Positions 36,589-36,834 of a stretch of DNA of 36,834 nt are shown one piece after another (position 1 is the first letter of the stretch; each line of letters opens with the position of its first letter). Below the pieces are notes generated by a model. That model was not told where the DNA came from. It saw only the letters and a list, made by a program, of their open reading frames with translations, and ran no database searches. The stretch is from an uncultured Clostridia bacterium (lineage in GTDB: Bacteria > Bacillota > Clostridia > Lachnospirales > CALKRZ01). Position numbers and translations under genes: made by a program. The DNA is taken from positions 1-36,834 of the forward strand of contig CALKRZ010000072.1 in assembly GCA_937989765.1 (NCBI GenBank). Direction: 5' to 3'.

Positions 36589-36834
36589 ATGACAAAGATC
36601 ATTTCAGAATGTTTCCATATACAAGATATACCCGTAGTCACATTTTTTAAAGAAGGAATAAAAAGATATCCACTAGTATGTGCATCTTTAGAAGAAAAGG
36701 ATGTATTCGATTTTGTAAGAGCTGCAGATCCCTTTAATCAGATTAAGAATTTCTCACCAAGAGCGCTCCTAATGATGAATGGGAGTAGGGATGAAGAAGT
36801 GCCCGCAGAATATGCCCAAGCATTATATGAAAAG
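36589..36834 (+). pseudogene. Internally deleted alpha/beta hydrolase (YjfP/YitV-like esterase); runs off the window
   Basis: My translation MTKII...IPVV...YPLV joins directly to ...DPFNQIKNFSPRALLMMNGSRDEEVP; no HG or GxSxG motif. Confidence 0.55.

Overview
AT-rich chromosomal window from a spore-forming, motile Clostridia-like Firmicute (inferred from cwlD, the T-box, sigma-A promoters and che genes). Gene order: C39-like peptidase with (E/Q)PK(L/I) repeats, asnB, cwlD, a degenerate HD-GYP protein, DUF1292, a FliD-like protein, and an uncharacterised PD-(D/E)XK-like/wHTH gene. These are followed by a T-box-controlled trpE-G-D-aroF-trpC-F-B-A operon, a YtrA-type GntR/ABC operon, tdk, an EAL phosphodiesterase, lipoprotein/DUF116/SIMPL genes and an MCP-cheA-cheW mini-cluster. 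The window ends with a second MCP, azlCD, a GH13 amylase-family gene, galM and decaying gene fragments. The most notable non-coding signals are: (1) two copies of a palindromic MITE-like element with TAA/TTA target duplications, one inserted at an MCP stop codon; (2) a perfect 32-bp inverted duplication of a gene's 3' end; (3) an ANTAR-like hairpin/terminator ahead of an MCP; (4) a shared ECF-type promoter; (5) a partially doubled T-box; (6) a vestigial copy of the trpF start. No CRISPR array, rRNA, tRNA, transposase or prophage was seen. All family assignments come from motif recognition by eye, not database searches.
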